64,000 nucleotides of DNA from Raillietiella orientalis (lineage: Eukaryota): positions 1,364,001 to 1,428,000 of the forward strand of contig JAYWIR010000023.1 of NCBI GenBank assembly GCA_036172245.1, in the 5' to 3' direction. Position 1 is the stretch's first letter; each line of letters opens with the position of its first letter. A program made the position numbers and the translations under genes. Positions 13,170 through 26,299 of the stretch are shown in pieces. The notes below the pieces were generated by a model. That model ran no database searches and had not been told where the DNA came from. It saw nothing but the letters and a program-made list of their open reading frames with translations.

Positions 13170-13650
13170 GAGAGTTTGCCTCCCTTCTTTCACCGGCGGT
13201 GGTTCCTCACGCCCGTTCAGGGCTATTCAAACCGACCGTTCTATCACATTGCTTTCGATAAGGATGGGAGCATCTGAACCACTTTTCCTGTTCGCTCGCA
13301 TCTTCCATGGTGGTTTCCGAAAACTTGGAAAGAAGACATTCCAGGAGCGGATCCTTTCCGGGTTCCCTTCGGAGGAGAAAAAATGGAGCAAACCCTCCCT
13401 ATCCCCCCGGGAGTCTCTCCGGAAATAATAATAAGGAAGGAGGATTCCCTTCTGGATTCCCCTTCGGAGACAACCAGGGTGGAAGTTCCCTTGCGGGATC
13501 CCTGCCCAGGCGTGAGAGGAACGGACTTCGAGTCCTTCCTGGATTCATAGGGCGGAGCCCTCCCGGGGTACCCTCTATCTGGAAGAATTGAGCACACCCT
13601 CTGGTGGTATGGAACCGAGCTGCGAAGACAGAAAAGGAAGGATTTCCATC
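13170..13650 (+). mobile_element. Headless fragment of the tRNA-derived SINE (internal repeat region and 3' part)
   Basis: AGAAGACATTCCAGGAGCGGATCCTTTCCGGGTTCCCTTCGGAG and GGAACGGACTT...CACCCTCTGGTGG match 40013-40055 and the 3' parts of the 24 kb and 53 kb copies. Confidence 0.7.
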
Positions 13651-14825
13651 ATCTCTTTCCGTCTTTCCATCATTCGTCCTCTCTGCTTCTGCGCTTCCGA
13701 TCCTTAAATTTCAATGCCTTTGAAACGAAAAAAAGAAAAGATGCCACCGAAAGAGAAAAAAAAAAAAAGATCGGTCAGCAAAAAGCTCAGATAAAGGCAT
13801 TCCTGGTTCTCTGATTGTGCATGAGAAATGACTGTTGTGCAGGTACAGAAATGCGTCTGGGTTCCCCAGGAGCTTTTCGCGTTTTCCGGTCCTTTACGAG
13901 TGCCGAGCCACGAGTGTTGATCATGGAGAAACCAGAAAAAAAAAAAAAAAAAAGGAAAAAATGCCACAAAGCTGGGAAAGTTTCCGCCAACTGAAAATCA
14001 GGAGGCGTAAAGACATTCCGGCATCTGGATATACAGGACACACACACACACACACAAAAAGAAAGGTTTTATGAAATTGTTTTCTCCCAAGTGTTTGCAA
14101 TTTGTTCATGTTCAAAGGATTGAAGTGTAGCAATCCAAGTTGGTACAGAAATTATTTGAAACGCAGTTCAAGAATACGGTAAAATGGCATTCATTCATCC
14201 TTCGTTTGCTGGATACTTTTTTAACTGGAAGCATACCAAGCGTTTCCTACCTTCAATGACCACTTCAGTTTGGCAGCAGGGATCCGGATGAATAGGACAG
14301 AATGTGCCGGTTTTACGTGCTCGCCTGGAGGAGCGAGTCACGGCATATCCAGTCACGTTGGTGTGTGATTTGGGAAAGCACTTAGAAGATGAAATCATCA
14401 CCTCAACAAGGGATCCCAGGGAATCCAAGGTGAAAAAAAGGGAAAAAGAAAGAAAGAAATTTTTTTTTTTTCTTGTCCGAAATCAGGGGAAACCTCCCGT
14501 GACTGGATTTCCGTCACCATTTCATAATTCGAGTAATGCAGAATCGGGTCCTGGGGCGTGCTGATACAGAGGCGAAGAGCTCATTTAAACGGTGACGGCA
14601 GGACCACGTACCTACCAAATCGAACTTTTAAGACCCCATAAAAATGTCTCGCAAGACACCACTTTGCCGAACACAAAAATCTTGCGTCTTCAGAAATCAG
14701 ATCGCCTTCCGTGTTGCCATCTATTGAGTACGTGCTAAGACTCTTCGAAACCGCGATGGGGCTGTCTCCAGATGCACGTCTCACAAAGATTTCATTAGTA
14801 AAGCAGCAGAATTGTGGCAATCGAC

Positions 14826-14908
14826 TTTTTCTTTTCTTTTTTCTTTCTTTCTTTCTTTCTTCCTTCCTTCCTTCCTTCCTTCCTTCCTTTCTTTTTTTTT
14901 TTTTTTTC
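14826..14908. repeat. Compound pyrimidine microsatellite (TTTC)n(TTCC)n(T)n
   Basis: Directly visible. Confidence 0.9.
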
Positions 14909-16680
14909 TACCAACCCTGATTTGTTTACAATAGCAATGACGTTTGGACAACGAGATAATGCTGTAAGGGAATTGGGAAGTAATTAGGGAAGGCGCAGCA
15001 GACGACTGGGTTTGGCAGGAATACATTTTAGACTTTCAATTATTCCATTTTCCAGGGCAGGAAATGCTTAGAAGATAGGGTGAACACTCAGAAGAAAGCA
15101 ACGATCCAATTCTAAGTAGGAAGGGACTCCTTGGTATTTACGATGCATTTTCTAATGCACGCTTGGACGGTCTTGAAGAACAGACGTGGCGTTCGATTTT
15201 CTTTTGCACTTCTCCAGTCTCCTCATCAGTTTCCTCTTCCTGGTCTCCGGACAGCGCGAGGAAAAGAAACGGTGCTCTGATTTGGAATCGGGGAATACCA
15301 GAAGTCTCCCCACCAAATGGCACACACCCCAGCTTCGATGGTTTTCAAAGTCGCTCTTTTTTCCTTCGCGTTTTCGAAGGGGGATCACGACCGTGTCTCG
15401 CGTTGATCAGAGGAGTTGCGCAGGATGTCATTAAAGACTATCCACTTAGACGAAACGTGCATTCGAGGAAGCGTCAGTTCGAAATACGGTGACGCACTGC
15501 AAAATGCACAGCGGGCGAATCGTGTAGGTACGTATGAGCTGCAGAAGCACGGACGGAGGCTTCTCAACACAGTCTAATAATTTGTAGGGTCCTCAGCATT
15601 GCTGTAATCACGCTAAGCAATAATTATAATTACTGACGGTCCAGGGGCGCGGTTTCATCGTAATTGGCACATGAAGGCGATTCAACGCGACCTCTTTTCA
15701 TACTTCTGCTTTTGGAATTCGTTACTTTGCATAAACGTATCATCGTAAAACATCCAGGCATGTGAACACCTGGGAAAAGTCCTTCAGGAGGCAGGAGGGA
15801 TTTCATGCCGGTAAGTCAAAACGCATGGGCACTTTTAGGAGTGAGGAGGGCACTGGCCGGGAAGAGCATCTCAGGCTCGAAATCTTAAAAGCTGCGCAAA
15901 TTAAATTCGGTTTCTATTAAAGGTGCACTCAATTTATATCGGATCCTTTCAGCAAGGGGGAGGAAAAAAAAAAAAAAAAAAATGAAACGAAGGGATGAAA
16001 CTCTGAGGAGGAACATCTGCGGATGCGAGACTCCATCATGAAAACGGAAGACCATGTTTCCACGGGAAAATTTTTTGCAGATCAATTTGCTTTGATAGGG
16101 CTTCTTTCTGATTTCACGGAACAGGAATCATCCTCCCATCTCGAAGATAGCAGCAGATGTGTCTTTTTTTTGTCTGCTATACTTTTCATTTAGTCGAAGA
16201 TGCGATGTGGAGATTTTTGCAAACGAGAGATCTCCTGCTAATTTGAACCCTCCTTTTGGAACGAGCTTCTCAGTGTCAAGCAAGAGGGGTCTTTTGCGAT
16301 TTGAAACTTCTTGCAAATCAAACAGCTGGTTTTAGTTTTTGGAGACGCCGCTACTTCCTGCTGAGAGAATGCTGCATCCACTTTTTCCTCTGTTGATGTA
16401 AACAACTGATGAGCACTCATGACAGCATCAAACACGAGTTTCCAGCACAAACGTGCTATAATAACATGTGCTTTGAATGCTCCATTGCGCAGAAGAAACA
16501 GGTGCGTTGGCACAGAGAAGGGAGAGGAAATTTCGTGCATTCCAGATGCTCCTTTCATTCTATTCAAGCGCCGAGTATTCAGCATTCCACTCCAAACCGA
16601 ATTTTGGATTTTCTGATTTTATCTTCCTAGTTCGAATGAAAATTCCGGGATTCGGAAGCCGAATTTCGGGATGTCCGCGA

Positions 16681-17980
16681 TTCTTCACCCGGTCACTCCG
16701 AGGCGTTCCTTTTGTGAAAAAGATAAACCAGTAGGGAACGCGCTGGTTCCCAACCGAAGACAAAAGAAGTGCAGGAGGGGGCGTCCACCGACACCGACAT
16801 TCCGCGAAAAGTCCCCAGCGGGAGAGGGGATGGGGGACGAAAATTTTAAAAAAATGAGGAAATCAGGTGGGATGGAGCAGGGATCTTAGAGTTCGCTCCG
16901 TGTGCAACGGAATCGAAACCAAAAAAAAAAAAAAAAAAACACCGAGGAAGCTACGGAGCGAACGGGGAGGATGAAGATAGAGAAAAAAAATCAAGGGAGG
17001 CAAGGAACAAGGGTCACCGGTGTCTGCTGCTCCCAACTATCCACCAGCCGGTGCCGGCTGCTGGCGATCTCCTCCTTTACTTCTTGTTCGAAGTGAGGCC
17101 ACCTTGCAGCCGTCCTCAAGCAGGCGGTGCTGCCATCCCGGTGACCTCCCTTCGCTGCATCTGCGTCTGCAAAACATGGCGGACCGTAACCGTGACACAG
17201 ATGCAACATCTCGTTGCGATCTCCCCCACTTCTTTCTAGTGTGACAATGGGAATTGGTGGGCCATCGGCTCCATCGATTCCTGTAAGAGGATAAATGCCC
17301 CTGCGCACCGGGTGTGAGATCACCGCGCCCGTACAAAATTCTTCCAGAGCCGAGAACCACCGCAGCAGGTCTCGCGGGCGATGTCCTCCTGGTGCGGGAG
17401 TGCTGCTGCCAACCTCTGGCACACTTCGGGGATGCAACCCCTGAGGAAACTCGGGGCCACCGCTCGTTGCACCGGAATCCCCACTGAGAGAAGAGCAGCG
17501 CAGCCCATCCCCAGGAGATGGGGAACGCAAAAGCGTCTAAACGTCAAGGAGGGACCCACAAGTTCTTCGGAGGTGACACCCGAAAGTTCGCTCCACCGAA
17601 GGAGTCCCGTCACCGCGGTACGCAGAGTGGCAGCATTCACCGAATGGCGCGTCTTCCAGCCGCCAAGGGGTTTCGTTCTTGCTGTGATGGTGCAGGAAAA
17701 CTCCCACCTCTCCAGAGTTCGGCTACTGTCGTCGCTTGCCCTGAGGACAGATGGCGCTGCGGCAGGAGGTGTGGCGTCCAGGGTAGAATACTCCTCCGCG
17801 TCTTGCATCACCACTTCCAGAAGTTGAGGCAGGAAGTGTCGCAAGGGGCAAAGTTTCTCCGGGTGCATTCCCTGGAATGCAGCTCAGGGACGAAGTCCGT
17901 GATGGCCCTCGCTCAAGGAGGCCATCTTGAAGGCATGATGAATGAAAGCCCAACTTTGTCGGGCCTTCACCCCTTTCATT
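16681..17980 (-). mobile_element. L1/Tx1-like ORF2 3' fragment; left arm of the inverted duplication
   Basis: LLRWSELSGVTSEELVGP and AARWPHFEQEVKEEIASS are homologous to the 28.7-30.0 kb copy. Terminal hairpin at 16681-16712. Confidence 0.85.
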
Positions 17981-20139
17981 GAAACGACGAAAATGTTTTT
18001 TTTTTTTTTTTTCAACATAATCCCACCTGCGTTTGCAATGAGGAAAGCAACCACCTGCTTGTAAAAACGCGGCACTTCGCTTCGTTCTGCTTCTGTCATT
18101 GCTTTTCGTGATAAATTTCGTTTGGAATCTGTCCAAGCAGCTGAGACATTGATCTGATTCAATCAAACACGTGATTTTTGCAATTACTGAGATTTCCAAT
18201 GACACTTCTGCGGAACAGAACGAGGGATGCGTTGTTCGCACTCATTCAGTTTCTTGGATGCTTCAGAGAACTCGTGAGGTACTTTGCCTTTCCAGCATGA
18301 AGATCTGTTCGGAAAAGGATTGGTCAGTGTTCTCAAGAATTCAACACATCAGTCTTAGTTACGTTATTTGACTCACGGGAGCTTGCGATTTGCTTCCCTT
18401 ATTTAATGGAAAGACGTGAAGACCCTAAAGGAAGTACATAAAGCAAAAAAAAATAAATTCCGGATGCAGGTAACTGTATATGAATAGTAAGCTATGCATT
18501 AGAAGGATAGTTTGATTGCGTTCCTCAGTGTCCTATTTAAGCGCTTCCATTTGTACGTGCTTAACACATTATGAAACGTCGAATGTTCCAGGCAAAAGTT
18601 TCCCTGAAGTACAGTTCTCTATTGTATTACCTCATCTGCATAAAAAGGGGATTGCATTATGTGATACATTCGAATTACATGTATCTATTCTCAAGAATTA
18701 CAGAATAACTGTCGAATTGGATGTTCGATGCTTGCCATACATTCCAGTTCAGAGCAGCGTAATTTAGGATTCCAGGCACCCTATCTCGAATGTGTTATGA
18801 CTCCAGCATCGTATTTCTGGAATACTTAAAGACCCTCTTTTCCATCCGTCATTATCTGATTAAACTCGGAATTCCTTCCCTCTCCAGAAACGGCGGCCGC
18901 GTCTCCAGCAGCTCCGGAATGGGGAAGAAAATTCTCAAAAACGTATCCATGTAAATCTGACATCGCAACGTCCCTATACGTGGAATGATTTTGGCCCGCA
19001 TCTCGAATTTTCATTGTTCATCCATCACTGTTGCAGCTCAAGGAGGCTTGGAATGATTCATTTCGCGTCTCTTCAACTTCCGCGATCAGACCACGCTGAT
19101 CACAACTTTGCATCGTACGTAACCGATGCCGCAAACACGTCATGCGGATGATGCCCGAAAACTCAGAATCATGTCTGGACGAGTACTCTCAGCATGCAGC
19201 TTTTAGAAGTACGCAGCGACAGTTGTCTCGTGTACATGTCTCTCGGAGCACGTCGTGCTCCCTCACGATGCTCATCACGCTGTGATGGTGCCGGTTTTAT
19301 AGTCGAGCGCTTGGAATTGCGAGCGGGTCTCGCGTGCGCCTCTCTCAGAGGAGGAGCGACTGCCAGTGGAGCTGCAGCAGTTTCCTGGGGGACCGCAAGA
19401 AGCGACTCGACGTTCCTCGCGGACGGCGAGAGCTTTCCTGGTCTTTCCAATGTCCTTTCATCGAGCGAAGCTCAGATCTGAGCAGCCAGCAGCGTGAGTC
19501 ACCAGGCTGCGAGCATCTGTGGGTCTTCGAACAGTTCAAACTCTATTTTGCTTGCTCTGAAAAAGCATCTTCAGAAAGGAAGGGCAGCTGCAGGGTGGAA
19601 AGCAAGGTGCGGTTGACGTCAGCCCGCGGAGGAAAGAGGTTCGCGCGATCGAAGGGAGATGGATCTACACTCACCATCGTGAGTCCTTCAGATTCGAAGC
19701 TCAGTGCCTGTCCGTTTGGAGCAGCCCTTCGAGGATATTCCTCACCCGCCTGTTTTTCCATTGAGTTTACTAAGCACGATCTTCGGTAGAGCCGAAGATC
19801 TCCTAGTAAAATGTACACAATTTCAATCTTCTAGGGAATTGTACACTATTCGCTAGGAGTCGCGGGAGGACGCTGTGATGGCAAATGGAGTAGTTCTTGC
19901 AGCAAGGATGTCGGGCTAAGTCCATACTTTGAAAAGCACTCAGCAGGATTTGATTTTTTCCCCTGCAGACGACGAGTTTTTCTCGAATTCATCCGGTTAT
20001 CGATCCGCAGAAACCCGTAAGAGCTAGGAGCAGGTTCACTCCAAAAGGCAAGAAGGATGAATGTTTAACACACGGCCGTTCCGGCGGTCTCTCGTGGGGC
20101 AGCTGAGCAGCGAGTTCCGATGAAGAATGCTTCCCGCTC

Positions 20140-21614
20140 AACCTCACGGGGAAGTTGCATCTCGGAGAGCCGACATCGGAGGAAAAGCTGCGTGAGAAGG
20201 TTTGTGTTCGCCTCGCGTGGGTGCTACGTCTGATGGGGAAGGATTCCTCCGACTGCGCGAATGTAGGTGGTTCCTTCCCCTGAAGTCCAATTCATCCGGC
20301 AGCAGCCAAAGCATTGGATCGAAGTTTCGTTTCCATCCACTGACACACGTAGCGATTCGATGCACCAGAAAGAAAGGGTGCTAATGACGAGGATCGGGGG
20401 TCTCCGGAATGCTCCTGGACAGAACGCTAATTTCTTCTGATGCCTGCGACATCTGCTGCCTCAACTTCTGGAATTGGTGATGCAAGACGCGGAGGAGTAT
20501 TCTACCCTGGACGCCACACCTCCTGCCGCAGCGCCATCTGTCCTCAGGGCAAGCGACGACAGTAGCCGAACTCTGGAGAGGTGGGAGTTTTCCTGCACCA
20601 TCACAGCAAGAACGAAACCCCTTGGCGGCTGGAAGACGCGCCATTCGGTGAATGCTGCCACTCTGCGTACCGCGGTGACGGGACTCCTTCGGTGGAGCGA
20701 ACTTTCGGGTGTCACCTCCGAAGAACTTGTGGGTCCCTCCTTGACGTTTAGACGCTTTTGCGTTCCCCATCTCCTGGGGATGGGCTGCGCTGCTCTTCTC
20801 TCAGTGGGGATTCCGGTGCAACGAGCGGTGGCCCCGAGTTTCCTCAGGGGTTGCATCCCCGAAGTGTGCCAGAGGTTGGCAGCAGCACTCCCGCACCAGG
20901 AGGACATCGCCCGCGAGACCTGCTGCGGTGGTTCTCGGCTCTGGAAGAATTTTGTACGGGCGCGGTGATCTCACACCCGGTGCGCAGGGGCATTTATCCT
21001 CTTACAGGAATCGATGGAGCCGATGGCCCACCAATTCCCATTGTCACACTAGAAAGAAGTGTGGGGGGGGGGGAGATCGCAACGAGATGTTGCATCTGTG
21101 TCACGGTTACGGTCCGCCATGTTTTGCAGACGCAGATGCAGCGAAGGGAGGTCACCGGGATGGCAGCACCGCCTGCTTGAGGACGGCTGCAAGGTGGCCT
21201 CACTTCGAACAAGAAGTAAAGGAGGAGATCGCCAGCAGCCGGCACCGGCTGGTGGATAGTTGGGAGCAGCAGACACCGGTGACCCTTGTTCCTTGCCTCC
21301 CTTGATTTTTTTTCTCTATCTTCATCCTCCCCGTTCGCTCCGTAGCTTCCTCGGTGTTTTTTTTTTTTTTTTTTTGGTTTCGATTCCGTTGCACACGGAG
21401 CGAACTCTAAGATCCCTGCTCCATCCCACCTGATTTCCTCATTTTTTTAAAATTTTCGTCCCCCATCCCCTCTCCCGCTGGGGACTTTTCGCGGAATGTC
21501 GGTGTCGGTGGACGCCCCCTCCTGCACTTCTTTTGTCTTCGGTTGGGAACCAGCGCGTTCCCTACTGGTTTATCTTTTTCACAAAAGGAACGCCCCGGAG
21601 TGACCGGGTAACAA
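20140..21614 (+). mobile_element. L1/Tx1-like ORF2 3' fragment; right arm of the inverted duplication
   Basis: 20456-21609 is the near-identical reverse complement of ~16686-17832, with identical ORF-track peptides. Ends GGAACGCCCCGGAGTGACCGGGTAACAA at ~21587-21614. Confidence 0.85.
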
Positions 21615-22900
21615 CATTTCTTCCGATACCGCCAAATCGTTTCCAGAAGCTTCCAGCACCCGACACGCGTATATGGCAATCGTGCCGTTGGTGCAGCGTG
21701 GCAAACAATCCATTCGTCTTGATGCTTGTAAAGACATGGACAAACTTCTCGTGCCTTCTGTTTTCTGGCAGATGGGGAACTCTCGAAAAGAAAAGAGGGG
21801 GGAAAATCGCGATCAAGAACCCACGGTCACGCATGGGCACAGGAGCAGGGGCATTAGGGAAACGACTGCAGAGCGAGCGCCTCTATTCTAACTGCGGTCT
21901 TTTGTTTTCGTTTCGATCAGTTCAACGTCCATGTTTTCTCGGAAGGGCAGAACGCCCGCAACTCTTCGAGATCGGAAAGGGTTACTCCTACACCTTCCTA
22001 TTTCCAGCTTCCATTTTCGTCTCTAGGAATCACCGTTCTGCTACCTTGGTTGGCTTGCTGGCGGATGGGACGCCACGAGCAGATGCAGGTGGTGACCGAG
22101 AAACAGGTGCTTCCTCGTTCCAGGGGCTGATCCGAGTCAGCTTCGACTGTTCATCCGTACCGCAAAGCGCGGAAAGCGCCCTTGCTCTCTTCCCCAAGCG
22201 AGCGGAGGGTCGGAGCGCTTCTTTCTCGGGCTGCTCCGCCGTTCCCCGAGAGTCACTCTTTGCCTTCCAGCAGTCAGCCTTTGACCGGAGTTGCACTTTG
22301 CCTTGCAGCAGAAGTACTGACTCGTTGCCACGCGAGGAAGATACAGGCGTCCGATCTTCCCGGGAACATGGCACGGGAGGCAGTTCGGCAGGCAGCACAG
22401 TGGGTTCGATTCCATCCGAGTAGAAGCCACGAGTTTGGGAGGGCTGACGAGGTCAGTGGCGAGGGTGGAAGTCGAGGGCGAACTCCGCCTCCCTCTCCGA
22501 GGGTGGAATTCGTCGAAACATACCTCCGTCCCTCCAGAGACAGATTGTCTCAGCCGACGTCGTCTTCGGAGCACTTCACATTGGCTCCTAGCTGCGATTC
22601 AAATCTCACTGACTTTCCTCGCGCTGACCTACCTCGCCCACCCCTTCATCGCGCCACCGGAAGATGCCCCGAGGTCCGCGCAGCTGGCGCTCGCTGGCGG
22701 AAGCTTCCGGAGAAAAATCTGCACTCGAGTTGAAATCCCTCTCTTCCTCCTCCGTCGCCTCCCCGCTTCACCCGGGGTCCTCCGTGTTTCGACTGCTGTT
22801 ACGGGAGCGGCGCGGAAATCTGGGCACGGAGGGCGCGCCACTTCCTGACCGCAAGATATTCCGTTCTTTGCCAACAGGGGTGGATTCCGACCCGTCAGCC
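21615..22900 (-). mobile_element. ORF1 remnant with degenerate knuckles and a C-terminal PHD-finger-like segment
   Basis: CLPCHVPGKIGR is a decayed knuckle (~22.35 kb). EVCPCLYKHQDEWIVCH..RVGCWKLLETIWRYRKKC at ~21616-21748 follows PHD spacing. Confidence 0.5.
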
Positions 22901-23349
22901 CACGTCCCGGGATGCAGAACCTATGGCCTTGAATCCTCCCTCCGCTGGTTGCTGCCGTTCGCCGCGCAGGGCGAAGAGAAGCGCCATCTGGACCCGCACG
23001 TAGAGCGCGAGCCGCGGGGTTCGAGTTCCTAGCCGTCCCGCGCGCCCGCTGCCGCGTTCCCTTCGCAGGAGCGGTCGCGCGGGAAGGCTGGCTCCGCGAG
23101 ACGTGCGTTCATCCAGGAAAGTCCATTCGTGGCAAAAAGTGGCTTCATGAGGAAGCCGAGCGGGATGTTTTTCCGTCCACCTTGGAGAGGAGACCTTGAA
23201 GACGGCACAAGCACCCCTCCCTTCAGCTGGTCTCGCTCCTCTCCCCCGAGCTTCTTTCCCCAAACTCTTGGTGATGCTGCTGCTGTGCTGGACCTCCCCG
23301 TGCTGCGAGCACGCGGCATCGTAGCCGCTGGTCGCGTCCAGGAGGAAGG

Positions 23350-23830
23350 GGAGGGTCATTTTTTTTCTCGAGGAAATGAAGGGAGATGGTAGGAAACTTT
23401 CCCCACGGAACTTTGGGGAGCTGCAGAAGGAGCAAATCGCTAACTCGTGAATCGGTTGCGCGGGAAGACCGGAAGGGCACCGCAAATGCTAAAGAAAAAA
23501 GAAAAAGTTGGCCAATGAAGACGAGGTTCATCCCTCCCTTCGTTGCCTGTTGCAGGTGGGACCACCTCGCAGTGGAGGAGGTGGCGAAGAGCATGACCTG
23601 CCATCGTTGCTCGCTCGCCCCTTGTCCTGTTATGGCACAGTTCACGGGTTACCACGGGGGAGGCGGGTGGACTGCAGCCCGTTACGCCAGTTCAATAGGG
23701 GTGGCCATAGGGATTCAAGAGGACTCTCTCTGGCTTAACCTCCTCCAGGGCATCCGAAGTCCAGCAGTAGGTGCAGAAAAGGTTCAATCTCCCTGCTCCA
23801 AGGCACGATTTTGGCACGCGTCTGCTATGG
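23350..23830 (-). mobile_element. L1/Tx1-like ORF2 C-terminal fragment plus UTR
   Basis: EIEPFLHLLLDFGCPWRRL and ARWSHLQQATKGG match EIDSFPHLLLDCG..WRRM and AKWPHLCDEVKED of the 29 kb copy. Confidence 0.65.
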
Positions 23831-24004
23831 AGGAAGTTTTATTTGCGCTCATCAATAGTGGACCAACAAACAAACAAAAAAAAAATAAAGCTGCAGATCA
23901 GTGGACTGGACCCTGTGAAAGAATGAGCTGGCGAGAGCCGGACGACTCAACAGTAACGGTTGGATCCGTCCAGGGAAAAGAGAAAAAAAAATGCAAATGC
24001 TTGA

Positions 24005-24450
24005 GTTGGTGGCCAGTATGGCTACGGTCTTCGCGCGTGGCACCAAGCGTTGCGGGTTCGAATCCCCACGTGGAGGATAGACGCTGAGAAAGGAGCACGT
24101 CGTGGGTTTCGAGTCCCCCCGCAAGATGAGACTGGTTGGCCTATTTGGGTGAGACAATGGTGGGAGCCGGAAACCGGATGTCCTCGTTGACTGGCCGCGA
24201 TTGGAAGCTGACCCTCTGGGTCCATCCAGGAATTAAGGAACCGGTTCCCTTAAGGGTTCCCTCCCAAAAGCGTAAGAGGAAAGGACTCCTTCCACTGGAG
24301 TCCTTCCTGGAGTCATGGGGTGGTCCCCTTCCAAAGAGTTACACGCACCCTCAGGTGGCGTGGACAGAGTCAAAGAGCTTCGTTAGCCCCCGACGGAGGC
24401 GATCGGTTCTTCAGTACTCTTTGAGAACCAAAAAAACAAGAAAAGGAACC
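24005..24450 (+). mobile_element. tRNA-derived SINE, short form with A-rich tail
   Basis: B box GGTTCGAATCC at 24055-24065 and a second GGTTTCGAGTCC at 24105-24116. Core CGTTGACTGGCCGCGATTGGAAGCTGACC at 24185-24213. The 3' motif CCCTCAGGTGGCGTGGACAG is followed by an A-rich tail. Confidence 0.85.
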
Positions 24451-26299
24451 CGGGGAAAGAGGGGAGGGCGTACAGGAAAAAAAAAAAAAAAACTGCCTAA
24501 GCGGGGAAGGGGAGGAATAAGAGAAGAAGGGTCACTAGTATACCTGTTAAGCGTCCCCATCCTTTTCAGGATTTGGAAAGTTACACCCTCGAACCCTCCA
24601 GGTGGAGCAATTCTCAAGGAGGTCGTGGCGCAGTCCGGGGAGGTGCTGCCCCTCGTCCAGCGGTGCGGGCATTCCAGCCTCCGACGCTCCCGCGAAAGGA
24701 CTGCTCCTCTCCGGAAAGTTCCGTTCAGCAGGCATGGTGCCGACTCCTCCACTCCCTTCCCCCTTCCCTTACTCGACTCGAGAACTCCACGCTTCCCTCG
24801 AGATCTGGAGCTGCTCCCCGTGAGCAGGGGTGCACAGCGAAGAGTGCTTCGCGGCAGCTCAAGTGGGCGTAGGGGTTTCCCCTCCTTCGACCTCGAAAAA
24901 CTCCCTCAGGAGCTGACGAGGTCCCGCTTCGACCGGAGACGGACTTTTGCCTGGCTCCCGCACGGTCTCCGTGTTGCGTGACCTCCGGAGGATGACGTCG
25001 AAATGATCCCTTCTGAAAGTAGGAGATAAGCAGCACTTCTACATCACGCGCAGACTGCAGTTATTCATTTTCCTTGTTATTCATTTGTTGAATTCATCCC
25101 CTTCTTCCTACACCTTCACCGCTCTGACCCTCGAACGCAGAAGACTTGAGAGTCATAGACTCCCATTCTTTCAGAACTTCAGTGTATCACCTAGGAGCCA
25201 GTTTTTGCCACCTCGCCATCTTGGCATGCTGGAACATTCCCTCAAAGCACAGAAGTGAATGAAAACAAAGTTCGGGAATACACGGGAAGATGAGGGAAGG
25301 GTACCTCTACCGCATCGGGTCTTTTCCCTGCAGACTACGGAACTCATGCTCCTATTCTAATTTTCCTCAGCCGGAGAATCTGGTAGCTCCGATTGGGGTT
25401 CACCACAGGGGTTAGTCCGACCCCTCTTCTTCCACATCCATGCAGTTCAGTTCCAACGTAGCGGGATCGGAGAAGACATCCCATTCAGGGTATTCGGGAA
25501 GAAGGACGCTGTCGGACGGCTTCGATCCCTGCTCTTCGAGTTTGATACAGGCTGCAACCTCAGAGTGGGGGGACGCAGCGTCAGATGTTTGGCTGCATGT
25601 TCGTCTCGGAGTTCCGAACTTCGCATCGGGCATCAGCTGCCGCAGCTGACCGACCAGAATTTGCTCGTGAGGAAACTTTCGTCACAGGGATTCTTTATGT
25701 GCTCTGAATCGATTTGCTCCACTTGTAGGTCGAATTGCCATCTGATCTTTGAGTTGTCCGGGGCATGGCTGAGGCTCTGCACTCGGCACCTAACATCAGA
25801 CACCGAGTCCACTCTCCCGGCGAGCGGCTAGCTGCGACAGACTGGCAACCCTGCTTTCCAGAGTCTTGCCGCCTACGAATTCCCTCTCCGGTATATAGCT
25901 GCCCTAGTGAGCTAACATCCGTGGATCTCCTGCGGTGCCTTGGATGCTAGAGCCTGGAGGCAGGAGCCCGTGAGAACGTGGGCCGAGATCACCATGGCCA
26001 CGTCAGAAATTATTCGGTGCCAGCAATACCGCCACAGTGCCGGAAGAGCAGTGGGGCACTGGGCAGAGAGCTACACATGTTGATCTGCCCATCAGAACCC
26101 CCTTCGCTGCAGCGGTGTTCTCCGCATTCGAGATCCATGATCGGCGAAACAGGAAATTTCCTGCAAAATCCCAGCTTGCAGGAAACCCCTTGGTAGCTGG
26201 GCTGCGCATCCGCTTGCTGCAACACCCGTGACCCCTTCCAGAGGACAGATTTGCTGGGGTAAACTCTCCGCCCCCTCCCCCTTCTCGAAGAGCTCGAGG

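Noticed and set aside
16681..21614. DNA transposon or foldback element with long TIRs, or an LTR pair
   Set aside because: The arms are recognisable non-LTR ORF2 3' ends, no transposase was seen in the spacer, and no target-site duplication was found.
24910..24975. Hammerhead ribozyme candidate CTGACGA-GGTC..GACC-GGAGAC
   Set aside because: It lacks the GAAA core, and no stems I/III with an NUH site could be formed.
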